From NCBI GenBank assembly GCA_963924565.1, contig OZ004607.1, positions 7,688,001-7,752,000 of the forward strand: a stretch of 64,000 nt of DNA, written 5' to 3'. The translations under genes and the position numbers were made by a program. This DNA is from Ascidiella aspersa. Taxonomy: Eukaryota. The notes beneath the pieces are model-generated. The model did not search any database. It was not told where the DNA came from and saw only the letters and a program-made list of their open reading frames with translations. This document shows positions 61,301 through 64,000 of the stretch, piece by piece. Each line of letters starts with the position of its first letter. Positions within the stretch are counted from its first letter, which is position 1.

Positions 61301-63890
61301 TGTTTAGATTGTTGCGTGTATTTGATTACACTAATTGCCTCGCAAGTGACGTCACGAACTGTGAGGGAGTGGGGCTTTCTAATGAACTATTTAAAGCCAT
61401 ATGAGCAATATTTTAGTAAAAACGTGCATCTTGTATAAAAGGTAATAAAGTTATTAAATAATTGCAAAGTATTATAAAAGTACAACTGCTTTACTAAAGC
61501 CAAGTTCCCATTACAAAGAAGAGGTTCCATAGAAAAGAAAAACAATAATATCCGTTTGCGTGAAATCAACTAGAAAAATATGTTTATTTTAGAAATTTTC
61601 ATATTCCCGTTGAACGGTATCGTCATTATTTTATTGATGATTTCTTGTATTCTTGCTGAGTTCAGTCCAAGACGCCGTAGCATATTACCATTAAAATATT
61701 ATACTTGGTTTGATTTATTTATCCAAATACAATGACGTGCTTTCTTATTTTACAGAAAAGACATTAAACCGCAATGAAGGCTCTTTGGCTTCGATCGGTG
61801 AAGATACACAGGTCGTCACTTTAGAGGTAACATTTTCGATGTTTCCACTTGTTATTTCTACTAAATATTTTTATTTGAAAATTAAAATATATTGATTTTT
61901 CCTTTACTTGAATGAACCTTATGTAGACGTCGGAGCGATCACGAAGTGGACGACTGACCTCAACGACAACAATCGTTACCACGGAAGAGCTCGTCACCAC
62001 CGAGCAAAGCCAAAAGCGAAAGTAAGTTGTGTCTTCTTAAAACAAGTTAGAAATCTGATCATTGGGTTTTTATGTTTTGAACTCGCATCGTCAAGCCATA
62101 TGGTTAAAATTTTTGTGGCGTTTGTCTGCCGAGGATTATCAATTAGACCACGTCAGATTTTCTATAGAGTATAGGCCATTTTTATGTAACAGACCTATTT
62201 TTCGATACTAATAACAAGTGCAAAGTTTGCTTGGCGCTCCTTCCAAAGTGTGAGACCGCCAAATCAAATCTGTTGGCATCTTGTGGTTTCCTTAGGCCAA
62301 CTTATCCTACCCTGCTATAGTTCCGTTTTTCTTAGCTCATGGAAGAACTTAAATGGGTACAAATATTCAGATTGATAAACGATATTTCCTTCCTTATTTT
62401 TAAGGAAATCACGTCACGACATTCATTTCTTGTCCGGCTGGAAGCGACGTGTGACCTTGGATGACCTTTTCAAGGCCGGTGTCCTTGCAGAGGAGACCAT
62501 TGAGCAGCTGGAAGAAGGTAAAGCCTCAACGTAGATATATTTAAAGTGTTCGTCCGGTTAGTTGTTTATATGGTGTTTGTATATACGTTTTACATTTGCA
62601 ACCTATTGGAAATCATTCAGGGCAATTCATTTTGTTAGGCAAGCCATTTTTCCACGTTAGCAGCAATAAGTCCAACTGACATACTTAAATGCCTAAAGTC
62701 TGTCAATTAGACATCATGACCTTTTTACGTGACCTTTTTTTTTAAATTGCCTTCAATATTTCAAAGGTGCCTGTCCAAATAACCTTATCCGATTCGTTGA
62801 TCCAATATACTTTTTGTAAGCTAGTTACAATATTTGGCCTGAAAGACTTTATTCAATAAAGCTATCTAAGAACACTACCTCGAGTAAACTTATGCCAAGT
62901 CGGTGAAAGATTCAACACTAAACAAATTCGCTTTAAACTCTCCACTAGGCAAAATTGAGGAGTCTGTGGTGGCACAATCCCTAGAGCAGTACCTCGTCGG
63001 AGCCGAGCCCATCGCTGGCCTTCTAATGTCGAACAACGGAGACAAGATCTCGATTTACGACGCGTGGAAGAAGGGCTTGATAAGACGTGGAACCTCGATC
63101 AGCCTGCTCGAGGCCCAGGCGGCCACAGGGCGCATCATTGACCCCAAGACTGCTGAGAGAATGTCGGTGTCTGAGGCCTCACAAAAGCGTGTAATTGACA
63201 GGCAGTTTGAAGCTGTGCTCACCAGGTGGGCAGCCTTTTTGCTGTATTTGCTTTTTTGGTTTTCTTAGAATGCCAAATGCGCCATAGAGATTTGAGGAAC
63301 ACGGTTGGTCTTGGGCCGTACTGAAATGACGCACTATATTTTAAAGGAGTCTAGTTTACCTTTTTACAGGGGGTAGAAGAAAACATACGCCATTTAACAT
63401 TTTGGTCTGAGAAGATTCTTCTTCCCCATCCTAAGTATACAGCACTTGTACATTGTCTATATTTCTGAGGTTAAGTCATGTGCATAAGTTCGCGTTTGTC
63501 GCAGCTGTCATCAAAAAAATGTTTTCAAACTTCATGTGTACACTTAGTTCTTACACCCTTAGTTGAGAAACAAAACAAAGAAACGAATGGCATTCGGACT
63601 TTTAAAGTCGTTACATTCATTTCTATAGGTTAGTCTTTGACGAAGAACCTCGCTTTTTCCCTTATTGCAAGTATTAAATACTTACTGAACCCCGGAAATG
63701 CGGGCCTTAAGTATACCTTTTGCTCTGCTTACCAGTTGTTTTATAATTCCTCACAGGGCCGAACGTGCGGTGTACGGCTACACGACCCGACTCAGCAAGG
63801 AAACCATCTCGCTGTTCGCTGCCATGAAGCGAGGCTTGGTCGTTGAGAATCACGGAGTGAGGTTGCTGGAAGCACAGATCGCCACTGGAG
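40216..63890 (+). CDS. Plakin-repeat-domain (plectin/epiplakin-like) protein with N-terminal TM anchor and long Ser/acidic disordered arm; continues beyond the window
   Basis: join(40216-40315,42778-42881,43758-43815,47442-47572,48535-48862,49350-51458,51794-51895,52349-52423,53076-53201,53788-53913,54573-54655,55233-55393,55804-55916,57106-57246,57636-57771,59308-59441,60512-60680,61091-61221,61756-61826,61927-62021,62405-62517,62949-63225,63757-63890) = 5017 nt. Every junction is GT-AG and phase-compatible. PRD signatures: [62 protein letters not shown]. The PRD part is certain; linking the 5' exons to it is inferred from phase. Confidence 0.8.
42778..42881 (+). CDS. PRD gene exon 2
   Basis: ttcttttccgttcgcag|[35 protein letters not shown]|gtaagt. 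Confidence 0.8.
43758..43815 (+). CDS. PRD gene exon 3
   Basis: tacgcag|[19 protein letters not shown]|gtgagt, phase 0 to 1. Confidence 0.72.
47442..47572 (+). CDS. PRD gene exon 4 (EPSAPP and VPPY motifs)
   Basis: ttttag|[44 protein letters not shown]|gtaagt. Confidence 0.82.
47595..48005 (+). mobile_element. MITE family A, copy 3
   Basis: cagtgttgtaa start, AAGTC arrays, shared internal attatgagcaataattcaac. Confidence 0.75.
48535..48862 (+). CDS. PRD gene exon 5
   Basis: ctttcgcag|[12 protein letters not shown]...DEEIVH-G|gtaagt. Confidence 0.85.
49350..51458 (+). CDS. PRD gene exon 6 (2109 nt; repetitive Ser/Glu/Lys-rich disordered region)
   Basis: GC-rich part of the 769-aa ORF; ttgtag acceptor; weak donor GTTCGA at the GC-to-AT transition; repeated RHMEVQT...SSSSEDE units. 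Confidence 0.88.
51794..51895 (+). CDS. PRD gene exon 7 (symmetric phase-1 repeat exon)
   Basis: caccag|[34 protein letters not shown]|gtacg; 102 nt. Confidence 0.75.
52349..52423 (+). CDS. PRD gene exon 8
   Basis: atccag|[24 protein letters not shown]|gtaagt; 75 nt. Confidence 0.78.
52755..52851 (-). mobile_element. Degenerate Penelope-like fragment with mutated hammerhead core
   Basis: About 95 bp homologous to 16400-16498; core reads GTGAAGA (C3 lost)...GAAACGTT. Confidence 0.65.
53076..53201 (+). CDS. PRD gene exon 9
   Basis: ttttag|[42 protein letters not shown]|gttag; 126 nt. Confidence 0.8.
53378..53524. mobile_element. Small MITE with CCGAGT/CCGACT subterminal repeats
   Basis: cagggctgcggagt...actcttcagcctg; repeated cccgagtccgactcc; related (CCCGAGT)n at 53715-53744. 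Confidence 0.6.
53788..53913 (+). CDS. PRD gene exon 10
   Basis: ttaaag|[42 protein letters not shown]|gtaac; 126 nt, paralogous to exon 9. Confidence 0.8.
54026..54395 (+). mobile_element. MITE family A, copy 4
   Basis: cggtgttgta...tacaacactg terminal inverted repeats. Confidence 0.75.
54573..54655 (+). CDS. PRD gene exon 11
   Basis: ttgcag|[28 protein letters not shown]|gtaaa. Confidence 0.78.
55233..55393 (+). CDS. PRD gene exon 12
   Basis: [30 protein letters not shown]...EEPI|gtaagt; an alternative in-frame CAG acceptor lies 15 nt downstream. Confidence 0.78.
55804..55916 (+). CDS. PRD gene exon 13 (start of PRD 1)
   Basis: [37 protein letters not shown]; 113 nt, homologous to 62405-62517. 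Confidence 0.9.
57106..57246 (+). CDS. PRD gene exon 14 (PRD 1)
   Basis: [47 protein letters not shown]. Confidence 0.93.
57636..57771 (+). CDS. PRD gene exon 15 (PRD 1)
   Basis: [30 protein letters not shown]...FEAVLTR. Confidence 0.93.
58669..58889. mobile_element. MITE with CAGGGGCGGATCCAG-type ends (related copies near 14168-14299 and 45737-45959)
   Basis: cagggccgg...tgggtccgcccctg; shared internal ttacgtcat..tgacgt with the 14168 copy. Confidence 0.55.
59308..59441 (+). CDS. PRD gene exon 16 (PRD 1)
   Basis: AEKAVFGYK...[28 protein letters not shown]. Confidence 0.93.
59929..60281. mobile_element. hAT/Charlie-like MITE
   Basis: cagtgtttcttaacc...ggttaagaacccctg; TSD gctcagag/gctcagac. 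Confidence 0.8.
60512..60680 (+). CDS. PRD gene exon 17 (PRD 1)
   Basis: [24 protein letters not shown]...[18 protein letters not shown]. Confidence 0.93.
61091..61221 (+). CDS. PRD gene exon 18 (end of PRD 1, linker)
   Basis: [25 protein letters not shown]...|gtaagg. Confidence 0.9.
61756..61826 (+). CDS. PRD gene exon 19 (linker)
   Basis: ttacag|[24 protein letters not shown]|gtaac. Confidence 0.78.
61927..62021 (+). CDS. PRD gene exon 20 (linker)
   Basis: atgtag|[31 protein letters not shown]|gtaagt, phase 0 to 2. Confidence 0.78.
62405..62517 (+). CDS. PRD gene exon 21 (start of PRD 2)
   Basis: [37 protein letters not shown]; 113 nt. Confidence 0.9.
62949..63225 (+). CDS. PRD gene exon 22 (PRD 2)
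   Basis: 277 nt, equal to exons 14+15 (141+136) fused; contains [14 protein letters not shown]. Confidence 0.93.
63757..63890 (+). CDS. PRD gene exon 23 (PRD 2; gene continues)
   Basis: [44 protein letters not shown]|gtagat; 134 nt, same length as exon 16. Confidence 0.93.
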
Positions 63891-64000
63891 GTAGATTTAT
63901 AGGAAGTTTAATTTATGTAAACTAATGAAATACATATACGGAAAGTCACATCTTACCCCCGTTTTGTGAAATTCTCAGCTTAGGTTTAAAATGCTCCCTC

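Noticed and set aside
40216-63890. Assigning the symbol PLEC, EPPK1 or DSP
   Set aside because: The PRDs are clearly of this family, but the architecture matches none of them and orthology cannot be determined without phylogeny.

Overview
Eukaryotic, intron-rich, AT-rich genomic DNA with no CpG depletion. Connexins with coding-region introns point to a tunicate (ascidian-like) chordate (inference). All gene models were assembled by hand from GT/AG boundaries and reading-frame phase. Contents: (1) 1-12.2 kb, non-coding DNA with several CpG/GC-rich, homeodomain-motif-rich islands and one compact 97-aa orphan ORF (minus). (2) Two tandem 6-exon connexin genes on the minus strand (15668-21638, 346 aa; 23277-28060, 379 aa) with identical intron positions. 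The first carries two intact, sense-strand, Penelope-type minimal hammerhead ribozymes in its introns and a triplicated exon-2 acceptor. (3) From 40216 to beyond the window end, a plus-strand gene of at least 23 exons (at least 1672 codons) encoding plakin repeat domains (PRDs; plectin/epiplakin B-type). Its N-terminus is atypical: no CH actin-binding domain, plakin domain or coiled-coil rod. Instead it has an N-terminal signal-anchor TM helix, a PSAP motif, and a long disordered arm with about 13-15 [RK]xxxVQT-like repeats resembling dynein light chain LC8 sites, each followed by poly-Ser/acidic tracts. Candidate alternative first (TM-less) and last exons are also visible. This membrane-anchored PRD protein is the most novel-looking system in the window. 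Many hAT-like MITEs, a 27-bp minisatellite and a templated patchwork insertion are also present.
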